Below are positions 1 through 12,600 of a stretch of 64,000 bases of DNA, piece after piece (the stretch's first letter is position 1; every line of letters begins with the position of its first letter). A program made the translations under genes and the position numbers. The notes beneath the pieces are model-generated. The model made no database searches, was not told the origin of the DNA, and saw only the letters and a list, made by a program, of their open reading frames with translations. Source of the DNA: Ruditapes philippinarum (lineage: Eukaryota); NCBI RefSeq assembly GCF_026571515.1, contig NW_026852998.1, forward strand, positions 310,001 through 374,000. The letters run 5' to 3'.

Positions 1-1695
1 GGGCTGCGTTCTGTGAACGTCACCTTGCCTTGAGGATCTCTGTTCTCATTTTCGTTACTATCTAGTCTTTACTATAAGTTTCATACATATAGCTGTGACT
101 CAATGTTTACTATATATGTGTTCTACATATATTGTTAATCATGGAAATATCTATATTTGTCTGTTATAATTCAGTTATAGCGAGTGCTTTATTGAATTGA
201 ACTTGTTTATATTTCACCATAACAGACGATTGATTCTCTTACGGCAGCTTAATAAAACCTTTATAGCTCAGATCAGATACTATTTTAAAAGTTTGTTACA
301 AAATATTCTTTTTTTTTCGTCCATAAGAAATGATTTTAAAATGTAAGCGTTGAATTTCTTAGAACGTATTTTGTCTTGAACTGTCAAAATGAAACACTGT
401 TCGTAGGCTACCTCTATTGATACAAAAAATCATATATTGAAGCAAGGTAATACTTTGTCTTTTAATGCATATTATTTTAGAGGAGAGGTGGCCTTACAGT
501 TAAGGTGTTTGCCTCTAAACTGTATCAAGCCTTTCTGGGGTTAAACCTCTATTTTCCAACATACCACGGCGCAGGACTGGTTGGTTGTGAGAGTTACACT
601 GTAAGCTTCCGTCACAATTATACTAAAATAATGATATATCTAAAATTTAGTAGGTTTTCCTTAGTAAACAAAGTGATCAGATTGGAAAAGAAATTGCATG
701 ATGGGCAAGGAAATGGCAGGTATTTAGTTACTGTGACATTTTGATAGATATAAATATTTCATGATGCGGTACTTCTTTTATGGAAGAAATGTGACAGCTC
801 TATTTATAGTGTATATATCGCAGACATTGTTTAATATTGTTACTAGAATATCTATATATAAACAGTATTATTGAGTGGTATAAATCTTGTTGAGTGGTTT
901 TCTAACCAGTGTATTATGTTGTTTTTTTTCTACAAACTATATATATTCCAATTCATTTCTTTGTAGTTTAATGATATAAATATCAATTGAATTTAGTAAT
1001 ATTTACTAAATGTATTTGATATTTAAATTGGTATAAAGGGGGTTATGGTGTGAAAGGGATGTAATAATTATGAAGAGTTTTTGCAGTGAAATACTCTAGG
1101 GTATGCGCATGAAATACTCTAGGGTATGCGCATCAAAATACTTTATGGTATTACAGTATAAGAAAGTGGATTTAATTGAATTATAAGACCTGATTTGATA
1201 AATTTCTTACATGGAACTATGGATGGGATATTGCTTCACACATTGTAGACTTGCAAGAAAAAACAACAACAAAAACACTTTCAGCATATGTCTCAACAAC
1301 ATCAACTAGATCACTCTGATGTATAAATTATAACAATATTTGGGTATTGGGCACAACGAGGTTGAGAGGTAAATTGATTAAAGTTAAAGATAAAGAACAC
1401 CTTACATTGCTTAGATTGGTTATTATGTTGTTGTGCATAGAGACAAAGTTGGAATAAATATAGAATGTATTTTGTTAAATTGTGGTGGTGAAACATTAAA
1501 ACATTACATAATTCTTTCCTTATTTTAGTTAATATAGATATTGGCTTTGGTTGCTCTCCTGGTACAATGTGGCATGAGGCATTGCCAAAAATTTTAGATT
1601 GTAATTCTGTATTTGTAAAAAATGTTTAAACGAATACTCATACAGTCTGAGAAACCTCACCTTTACCACCTTTATAAAGTCAGGGAAATCTTTTC

Positions 1696-1864
1696 TTAAA
1701 CCTTGCCTACCATTAATGGACTTCTCTGTCTTTCAATCTGGACAAGGGAAACATTTCAAAATATGTACTGACTTTGAAAGAAAACAGTACAGGTCATGAT
1801 TATACAGCACAGATGCACTGGTTGCATGGTTATATATAGTTTCTGCCAGCAGGTTAGGGGTTGA
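1696..1864. mobile_element. Degenerate TTAA-type MITE
   Basis: Shares aatggact...ttcaaaatatgtactga...ctgccagcagg with the element at 5220-5432. Confidence 0.5.
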
Positions 1865-2099
1865 AGCAGTGTCATTATAGTAAATTCTTGATATGTTTGT
1901 GTCTGATGTGTATTTCTGTAATGTGTGTGGTGAAATGGGTTAAAAAATATCTTATACTCTGAATATACGTGGAGGATAGTTTTCTTACTAAAATTTACTA
2001 ATTGCTTACCAATGTTTTTAATGTGTAAATATATTTTGTATTAGAAAGACATGACTTTGAATATAGACTTTTAAGTATTTTATCTGTGTTATTAGGGTT

Positions 2100-2275
2100 T
2101 TAGTGCCAGTTTTTTTTCTGGAGTCTATGCATCTCTTAGCTCCTGCGGGTAAGGTGGTTTTGACCCCTGGTGTTGCTTTATGTTTGTAACATCCAAGGTA
2201 AGCCAAAATCATCTTACTGTTTGGGAGCCGTATGGCCTAAACTTTGTTTGAGCACCGTAAAACCAAACCAAAAAA
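2100..2275 (+). mobile_element. Degenerate SINE-like 3' fragment
   Basis: Ends gccgtatggcctaaactttgtttgagcaccgtaaaaccaaaccaaaaaa, similar to the SINE tails at 17430-17478 and 23690-23742. Confidence 0.4.
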
Positions 2276-2550
2276 GTGCCAGTTTTCACAAATGTGTCAG
2301 TTAGGCAAATACCAAATAACAAGCATTGTTACCTAGAAACATAATAATAATGTTCCTTGATTCTGTACCAGTTCTTACCTATATAAAATGAAGCTCCTCT
2401 TGCAAATCTTTCTTACTATTAATCATTTAAGACTAGAAAGTGCTAGACATACTGTACTGTCATGAATAAAATTACGTCATAATTTATTATCCTTAATAAA
2501 TGGCCTGGTAAAGTTATACTGTTGTCTCAGTATTGAATTGTTCTCTAATG

Positions 2551-2670
2551 AGGGGAGATATAGTGTGTAAACAGTAGGTAGAGCCACAGTACAGTATTCT
2601 GAGGGTCCTGGGTTCGAGTCCCAGTCAGGCAGCACATTTTTCTCGCCCTGTGACACTTTGTGTCTGGGCT
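2551..2670 (+). mobile_element. tRNA-derived SINE-like head
   Basis: B-box gggttcgagtccc at 2609-2621 with a degenerate A box upstream; no intact cloverleaf. Confidence 0.45.
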
Positions 2671-3488
2671 TTGAATTTAGGATAGCCAAGGTCTTTTCAC
2701 GTCATGTCTTCAGTTTTGAGCTTAGTTGACATTGGTGTGCTGCACAATATTTATCTATATGTTTTAATTACATGTATATGTTTCTTTATTTTTCAGTAGG
2801 AAAAAAATTCAGAATATTTTAATTCAAAAACATTTTGGCACTGTTTATCTCAGTTGAAACAAAGAGAAAAAAAATACCTTTTCTTTTCTTTTGAAACTAG
2901 TCTTGGTCATAAAAAAACAACAACAAACATTAAATCAAATTTTATGATCCAAAGTGCATTTAAATGTTATCAGATTTAGAAGGAAATCCCAACTGTCAGT
3001 ATTTCCTTCACTGAAGATTGCTAACTGTTTAAAATTAAACATTGAAGTGTTTATTATTTATGCAGCTGTTAGTTTATGCAGAATCTGTTTAAGATTTTGA
3101 AAGATTACTGATGAAACATTGAACTTTTATGATGTAATATAGAAATACAATTAATGCTTAAGTTTTCTTTACCTGAGCCTGAAGTGAGATTGAAGTGTGT
3201 GTTTGTTTATATGTCTGGAAAAAAATATATGTGTACTTTCTTTTCTGTATCATTTATTAAATGCATTTTTCAATACATGTATTTTTAGACAGATATTATT
3301 TGAAATTAATTTTAAGAAAAGATTTTGGCAATTTGCTTCAGATTAAGGATAGCCTTATGTCTTTACTCTGTAAATATAAGGAAAAGAATGTTGATATATC
3401 TTATTTTTGAATAGATGAAAATACATCATGGGTTTATATATGAAATAAACAATAATACACACATGTCTGTTTTCTCATATTTTTTCAG

Positions 3489-3617
3489 AAGAAAGAAAAT
3501 TATTTATAGGAATGTTATCAAAAAAGTTTGGTGAGACAGAAGTTAAAATGATGTTTGCTCCATTTGGCAATATAGAAGATTGTACGGTGTTACGAGATCA
3601 AAATGGACAAAGTAGAG
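3489..3617 (+). CDS. CELF2: CELF exon, RRM2 N-half ([44 protein letters not shown])
   Basis: tttttcag acceptor, gtaagg donor, 129 nt, phase 1-1, RNP2 motif KLFIGML. Confidence 0.96.
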
Positions 3618-6600
3618 GTAAGGGCACCAGTAAACACCATTGGCATAACTGTTTTGATTGCAAATTTTATTCTGAGATACTATTTTCCATTTTCGAACTA
3701 TTGTAATAGTATATTTATATTGGAGAAGCAAACTCAGTCACATTAACAAATTCATTCTTGCCAGGTACATTATTAGGTGGCATTGTCCTGTCATAAAAAT
3801 AGCATTTAAGAAGTTGTATTTTGCAATGAAGAGTATCAATTAGCTAGAAATATTCATGTTTTAAGCCTTAGAACATAAAAAACTGGCAACATTCTTGGCC
3901 AGAGGATGCTTATAAGTAGTGGGTTAAGGCAAAAGTTCAGGTGATTTTTAATTACACCTGAAAAATATTAATTTTTTTACGATGTTTAATTTCATTGAAA
4001 AAGCATAAAAAACATCGCTATTTCTTATCATTCAATTTTAAAAATACGAAACTGATGATAACTTCTTTTAAGATTATACATATTCACAGATTATTTTACT
4101 AGAATTATAAGACTGTTGTGTTTATTTAAGAGGTATAAAAAAAACTGACAGCCTGTCATGAATACAGATCGTAAGCTGTGATATAGTTATAAATTACGCT
4201 GAAATCAACAAATTTACGAGAAATGAAACATGTGAAGAAAACACTTACATAAGATACAGGCTGCTTTAAAGCAATAGGGGTGATACATTTGTGTCATAAT
4301 ATGTATTTTCATTTCAGATATACTCACTGATTAAACAATATAAAACTGATACAAAACCTTTGAAACAAAACTGTTGTAGTTGTATCATGTCAAGATTAGT
4401 GTAGTTTATACTAGTTAAAATACCATTTCTAGGATGTTAAAATGAGAATTTATATACAAAAAATAGACATGATAACTGTTGAAATTTCAAAATAACAATC
4501 CTCACATGATGGATAATATCTCCCCTAAATAACAGTTTCAAACATGTACTTACTTCCATCATTATTGAGATTCTGTCACTACAGGCAACCATTTTCAGAT
4601 TTTTACAATAATTAATACAGGGGAGGTGGGCGGGGCAATGGTGGAGGTACATTTCCTTTCATTGGTCATCTGTCAAGTGAAAGTATTTGTTAATGATACA
4701 TGAAATAATGTTTCTGAAAAGCAATGCTACTCAGGTCCTTTTATTTGAAAATTCTGATGTTTTAGAGAAATTACTTTTCAGAAGACAATTTTTGTTAAGC
4801 TGCCATGAGACTGAAGGAGTGTAGGACAATTTTCTGTAAATTTTGTTTCAAACAATGTAACATTTGCCAAAATGCAAAGTTTTTCTGTACAATTGTATTT
4901 CACAGTGTTTGGTTTTAATGGGTTGTTTTGTGTTTGATGCAGATTGATACAAATGAGCGAGCCTGTTGAATGATTATAGCTGTTTACTTCTAGACTAGAA
5001 TTCATTTCAATTTTCTAGAAGAATTTATTCTGTTCATTCTTTTACTCTGCTAAAATTGATGATAATTGAGTACTGTACTAATAGCTTGCTAGTCTGTGGC
5101 CAATTAAACAAATAAATTACTGCAGCGCTGAAATAAGCTATTCCTCTCTTATAATATGTATATATTGATTTGTTAAAACTGTCTGTTGTTAATTTAAGGC
5201 GCTTAATGATAAAAGACCTTTAACCATTAGAATTCTAAATATCTGAAAATGGACTTGTCCATATTCCAGTCTTCAACTTGACTATACCATTCATGATTAT
5301 TAGGGAAAATTTCAAAATATGTACTGAGCGTATAGAAAAAAGTTCAGATCATGAGCAGATGACATGGTTGTGCCAGCTGATCTTGGTCTGCTCTGGTGGT
5401 ATGGGTTAATCAGTTGCTGCCAGCAGGGCTTAAAGCTAATTTGGATATAATAGTAAAGTGTTTGGACAGACAGCATGGGCTTGTAATCTGGTCTGGATAA
5501 TAGCCGGCCATTTTAACTGTTTGTGAATACAGAATTATAAAAACCTTGAAGAATGCATTACATTATACAAAATAAATCAATCAAGTTACATCTCCTCTTT
5601 CACTAATAACTGATGTTTCTGCTAATTGTTTTTTGTTAAACACAGAACATCATAAAATAAAACACCATTATGAAGTAAAGGTCATTAAAGATTCAAACAA
5701 ATAATGGAATAATACAACGTAATTTATTTATTTGTTTCAGGTTGTGCTTTCATTACATTTTCAAGTCGACAATCAGCTCAAAACTGTATTAAAAACATGC
5801 ATCATTCACAGACAATGGAGGTAAGTACAAATAAGAAATTATAAGAAAAAAAAATTTTTAAAGCTGAACTCAGTGCTGTTTATATACATGAAGCAATCAG
5901 TGTCAAAATAGTATGGAGGAAAAACAATTTTTAGTGAGATTAGAAATTTAGATGAAAAAAATATGCGACATGCCGTGTGTTTTATGCATGGTTTATCTGA
6001 AGACAAAAACTCAAAACTAACACTCTGTTGGCTGTCATATTCTTGCTTTGGTTTACACCTAGGTGGTCAAAGAATTTGTAGATATCATTTTGATATAAAA
6101 ATGTATTTTCTTCTGAAAACAGCAGATACCTGGTATTTGCCTTGATGCCATTTTTAAACAACGGATGCACCTGCAGATCCTACAATTTTTATGAAAGGTT
6201 CTGGTGGATTTTTTATCTGCTAATGATAAAGGGAAATAAAATTTGAAATATGAGATGTCTGCTACAGACCACTCCCTGCAGTGCCAAAAAGTCAGGCATG
6301 CTTTTCAGAATATCAAACACACCAAAATTTTTTAATTTTTCACTGAAATTACTCATGATGAATTTTTGTGCAAAAAAAAATAAAATAAAAACTTTTTGAA
6401 AATTTCTTGAAGGAAGTTTGTATTACAAAATTTGATTTGAAATGAAAAATTTTCCTTGTTTGTATAAAACATGGAAAAAGTTCAACTTTGTAAAAAACTT
6501 TATCTTATGCTGTTTTGATTCGTCCATTAATCTACTGTTAAATAATACCAATTTTCGTATGACATTGTTTGTACATGTATTTTGGCAATACTTTTGTTAA

Positions 6601-9600
6601 ATTACCAAGTTTTCATATTGAAATGTTTTTTGAGGTAATGTTAGTGAAATAGACGTCTATGTATGATTTCTAAGCAGATGGCACAGTCATTTTTTTGAGC
6701 AGTCAAAAGTTGGATTTGTACCATATATTCAGACAGCCTTTATACTCCCTGAAATATTCAAATAAGCCAATAAACATGACATCTTATATGACAGAATGTA
6801 TATCATAAAATACAGGGAAATGCTGGCTGTAGTTTATTGTTTTACAGAATATTGAATGTGACCGTAATTAATCAGCAACTTGCTATTGCCACGGTTTTAC
6901 CAGATTTGTCGCACCCTCGAGCATTATTCTCGTTTTCTTGTTTGAGATCTTCCCTCCCGAGTATATAACTTCTCCTAAATTTTCTGACATGGTTAGCAAA
7001 TATCTGTATTCAGCGCCAACTTGTGCAAAATTGGACTGATTATATGACAATTCTCAGTTTGTTGTTCACATGAGAAGAAAGAAAAGTACTGGTTTTCTAA
7101 AATATGTTCTTGTCACCTTTGAAACCGAGAATTGTGATAATTTTGTACAGTGATTTGATGGTTGACAGGAAGTTGAGTGGCAGTAAGGCTGTGTAAAACA
7201 CAACGTAGAAAATAGCAGACGTGTTATAGCTAGATAAATAGTAAAAAGTAAACCAATATCTGTGCTTTTGTAAGGTTTTATTTGTAAAATTTTTACTAGT
7301 TGACAATCATACTGGTGTTAGATTTAGCAGAGACGGGCAGACGCAGGGGTATTACTGATGTACTTTTGTATAGATTTTAGGAGACTGAACTAGTGGGAGT
7401 TTGGGTTTTTTTTCACTGACAGTGCATAATAGTTCTCTTTTCTGATCAAAACCCATATGCTGTGAATAAATAAATCTGACTGGGAAGTTAGACATTTCAA
7501 ATACTATCCTGCGTGACTATGAAATATAAAATTTTGTTATATTGTCATAAATGTCCTTGAAGGCAAATATATTCCATGTCTTCATTCTGAAAGAAATACA
7601 TCTTCTTTTCATGTCATGTTTATTGATATAAAAAGCATTATTATCATACAACCTTTAATATTAAAGTCTGATAAGGTCAAATGAAAATGCATTGACCTGG
7701 AAAATTTGTATGTAGATGTACCTTGATGAGGGCTAGCTGCCACATCTATTTTCAGATCAAAGGTTAAAGGTTGTTGGGACCTGTAATAACAAAACATAAA
7801 ACATGCATTTAAATCAAAATGCATTGACCTAGAATCTTCAAAATTTGTATGTAGATATACCTTGATCATGTTTACCTGCCTCATTCATTTTAGGTCAAAG
7901 GTCAAGGTCACTGGGACATGTAATTAAAAAATAAATAAAAATGCATTGACCTAGGAAATTCACAATCTTTGTTTGTACCTGCATCTTGATAACTCCTATC
8001 TGCCATTCTCATTTTGGATCCAATGTTCAAAGTCATTATGACCTTTATTAACTTCTTTAATTAAGTTTTTCTTTATGGTTAGTAACTTCAATTATGGAAT
8101 TATAACTTGGTATTTGGATGCATCTTTACGAATTTTGCATGCAAAAAGATCAAAGGTCAAGGTCAGAACTCTGTAAAAGCATTTTTGAATGTCACTTTTC
8201 CATTTATGTTCAAGTACTATAAAACAGACTATGTTAACTGAAGGTTTCTTCCATGATTCTGACGATATGTGTCTAAAATCTCAATTGTTGTAGCATAAAA
8301 TAAATATTTGTTATTACAGGGGTGTAGTTCACCATTAGTAGTTAAGTTTGCTGATACACAGAAAGAAAAGGAACAGAAAAAGTTACAGCAAATGAACGCA
8401 AATTTATTGGCATCGTTTGGAGGAGGAACAGGGGGTGGAGGAATAAATATAGGGCCACAGTATTTAGCGGTATGTACATAAGTATTGGTTCAAAATATGT
8501 TTAAAAATAATAATTTTATAAGGTGTTAAGACAAATAAATACAGTAAAGTTTGATTATGGTAGATAGTCTGTACTAGTCAGTCATATTAAGAAAAGTTGA
8601 CTTTTATTATCACTATTTTGTGACACTATTTTGTGACACTATTTTGTGACATTCTGTAACACTGTTTTGTGTCTTAAAAAGAGAAGAATTTGTATCAGTC
8701 TCGTAAGAATTAACATTAAATATTATCAGTGCAATTTAATCAGATATAAGACAATGTAAAAGAAATAAGTTGCCTGTGTTTACACAATATTTTTAATGGC
8801 TGCAATATATTCAGTTCATTATTTCAAACATTTTAACAATAGTATTGAAAGCAGTATTTTCACCAGTGACCTCAGGATTAATTTCTTATGTTTAGATTTA
8901 AAGCCATACTAACAGTTTAAAGATCATATGGTGACTTTTCAAGCTTTACTGATTATGAAAAACTCAGGTGCTACTTAACACATTTTATAGGCATGAGTGG
9001 GTGGTACTTTAGTAGAATCATGAATCTTCTATGAGGAAACTTGGTACCAATAATGCCTCACTGAATATGAACCAACAGGGGCATGATGGAAGTAGTGTGT
9101 TCTAGTTGAAGGGTCTATTATGTTGAATAAAAGAAAACGTTCACATTTAGTCATCAAATTATGTCTAGATTGATACTGAGCTAGGCGGAATAAATCGTCT
9201 AAATGGACTCTATGTAATGGCCTCATATATGTCAACACCCAAATTTTTTCTATTGATAAATTTATCAGTAAATCTAATTAGTTGCTATGTTTCAAAATAA
9301 ATAGCCATTTTAAACTAGCACTGTAAACGTTAATGTCCACACTGAATGTTTTAAACAGTAATGCGAGAAACAAATTTTCCTGACAGACTTTATTTTATTT
9401 ATGAGATGGCTGTAATACCCATTTATAGCAGTATATATTTATCAGACACTTATATGTTTGTTGAAAATTTCATTCCCTACCATTTTTATGTCTGAGGCAT
9501 TCAAACTAATTGTTCTTTGACAACTTTAAGTGTGAAAATATAGAATTAATTGTAAGTTGCTAGCTGGAATGAAATATTTAATTATTTTCTTGTTAAGTTT

Positions 9601-12600
9601 CATGAGAGAAATATTCACTGTCAAGGGAAATGTGTAAAGATACTTTCATTTAATGATGAAAATTGTTATAAGTCTATTTCACAATTGACATGTTGATTTT
9701 ACTAGGCGCTAAAATTTAACACAAGAATTGAGTTTTCCCTGTCACGGTACAGTGTAATATAACTTATTTCCACCACTTATTTGTGCGAAAACGTTCTCCC
9801 AGATAATTGACGATGTGTAATTATTTTTTCTTTTCGCAGTTGTTACAACAAGCCATGACGACTGGAAATCTAGGCATGTTTGCAAATGTTGGAAATTTAG
9901 GTAAGATTCTAAATAGAGAAAACGGGAATAATTTTAGATAAGGGAAACAACTCTTACAAGTAGATATATATTGACAACATTGTCACTGCCAACAGAATAG
10001 CTGTCTTGCCTATTACACACGTGTCGAAATAGGATTTGAAATTTTGGCAAAAAGAAAATAACCCAGATATATTGCTTCATTTCCTCCATTTCTTTCCTCA
10101 AAAAAAGAAGTTATATGGTGATTAATGATAACTTACCTGACTGGAAATGTCAGTGACAGATTGATGTCTTGTTTGTAAGAATAGGGGATTTTATAAATTA
10201 TATACATATTTGGGTTAAAGTTTAAGGTTTTTATATAGGGTTTATAAATACGTTAGTCAGGAGATGAACTATTCTTACAGATATAGACAACCATGCATAT
10301 TTGACAAGCATGCAGTTATGATAGTGTTAAGTTTTGAGCTGCTTTGAAAAGTTTTGGGAATATCATAAAGATGACAATGCAACAAATATGATACTGTAAA
10401 TACATTTAGTTAATTCCCCAAATATGACTATGCTGTAAATGTGGTAATGCCACACACATGCTAATCCCACAAACATGATTCTGCTTTGAATTTGCAAATG
10501 CCACAAACTTGATACTACAAATGTGGTTATGCCACAAACAAGTTCATTCCACAAGCATATTACTACAAATGGGTTATGCCACAAACAAGTTCATTCCACA
10601 AGCATATTACTACAAATGGGTTATGCCACAAACATGGTAATTCCACAAGCATATTACTACAAATGGGTTATGCTACAAACATGGTAATTCCACAAACATT
10701 AATGCATATGTGATTATGTCACAAATATGTTATTCCACAAACATATTACTTTATATGTGGTTATGCCACAAACATGGTAATTCCACAAACATTAATGCAT
10801 ATGTGATTATGTCACAAATATGTTATTCCACAAACATATTACTTTATATGTGGTTATGCCACAAACATGGTAATTCCACAAACATTAATGCATATGTGAT
10901 TATGTCACAAATATTTTATTCCACAAACATATTAATACATAGATGGTTATGCCACAAACATGTTAATTCCACAGACATGTTTATTCCACAAAATTTTCAC
11001 TCCTCAAACATGTTCAGTCCACTTAATACACAAACATCATTCACAGGTTGTGGACCAGTTTGCTTTATTTAAGCACAAAAGGTCTTGAAACACTCTTTTT
11101 AATGGTACATTTCTTATCATAAATGAAATTTTAGATTGGACTTTAACACTTTTTTAAATGTCAAAAGATTATTATTTAAAGTAAAGGGTTTAGGGAACAT
11201 ACATGTATGACAACATTAGTGTACTAAAATATAAAAATGAAATTTTCAAACATGCTCATTTTACAAATATGTGAAGGCTAGAACTGATTGTGCATGGGTA
11301 GATTCTTGTGCACATGTTTAGTTGGGTTTTTTAACAAATTGATTTACCAAAGCATGCTCTGTATTAACATCACTGGACCGTACCCCACCCACTTTATTGT
11401 TAGGTTATAACGTAGAGCTCGGAATTTTTACTCCTCTGTTGTTTAAACAAATATATTTTCTTTACATAGTGGTGTCACATATATAATGTTTTTATGTTCA
11501 TTGAAAATACTTGCATTTTATATTATCTGCAAAGTGAATTATTATATACCGTTACGTAAAATATTTTTTCTTTACTGCGGACCAGAATTATAATTGAATG
11601 ATTTATCACGGCACTGTTGTTTCCATGGTTCATTGAGAAATGTCAGTGCAATGTGGAACCATATTTATTCAGACACAATAATGTAGCACAGAAATTGAAA
11701 GATTCAGTTTGCAGTTACTATATGTGTTTATTATTTTATGTTACAAAAAGATGTAGACATGTTTTTTGTATTTAAATATATGTTGTATTTTGTCATATCT
11801 CCTATAGCTGTTTGTTTATATATGTTTGTGAACCTGTCTTAAAGGTGAAATAATTCTGGACTTTAAACATGTTCCTTGGCCATGCTTTAATGTTTTCCTT
11901 TCTTGCTGAAAGTGAAATTTACTATGGGCTATTATTTTCTCAAAGTACAGTGTATTATTCTTTACTGAATTTGCCTTTAGGTACTGAAACTACATTGTAT
12001 ATCACCTTGGCACAAGGTTTGAATCGATTGACAGAATATTGAAACATCTGAGTGTCTATTTATAGTAACATAATTATAAGAATGTTTGTATGTACTGACT
12101 TTTTGCAGGTTTAAATGCTATGAATATTCAACAATTATTGGCGATATTAGCTGCTGCCAGCAACAATCCAGGTATTATGTCATACACGCCCGTGTATACA
12201 CATATTCAGAATGTGAACACATAATTCTTAACATACTACACATATGTGTGTATTGTACACCCTGTGTGTATCTACAATGTCTTATGTGTTCACCATTTTA
12301 CACATTGTGATTAGTACACCCCATTTAGTTGCAGAATCTCTATCCAGTACTGTGTAGGCTGCATGATTTACATTCTTCGACTGACTCAAGTCTCAATATA
12401 ATCCAGTATCATACAAATATTGAAGATGCATTTCAAAATTGATCAAAGTTGTGAAGTTTTTTAAAATTTTGACAGTATAGTTGCATGGCTGATAGGAAAA
12501 TTCATTCATAATACATCTTTAAGGATCATTGGTTAAAGCCTTAATTGACAAATAAGTTGTTTGTCTCATTTTTGAGTAAAAAAATTCGTATTACATTTAC

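Noticed and set aside
681-719. Possible phase-1 exon or alternative start (MMGKEMA) upstream of RRM2
   Set aside because: The donor is plausible but the acceptor lacks a pyrimidine tract and there is no similarity to CELF.
2551-2640. tRNA gene
   Set aside because: B-box only; acceptor and D stems do not pair, so it is called SINE-like.
10710-11072. 120-aa repetitive ORF
   Set aside because: Translation of the 93-bp tandem repeat.
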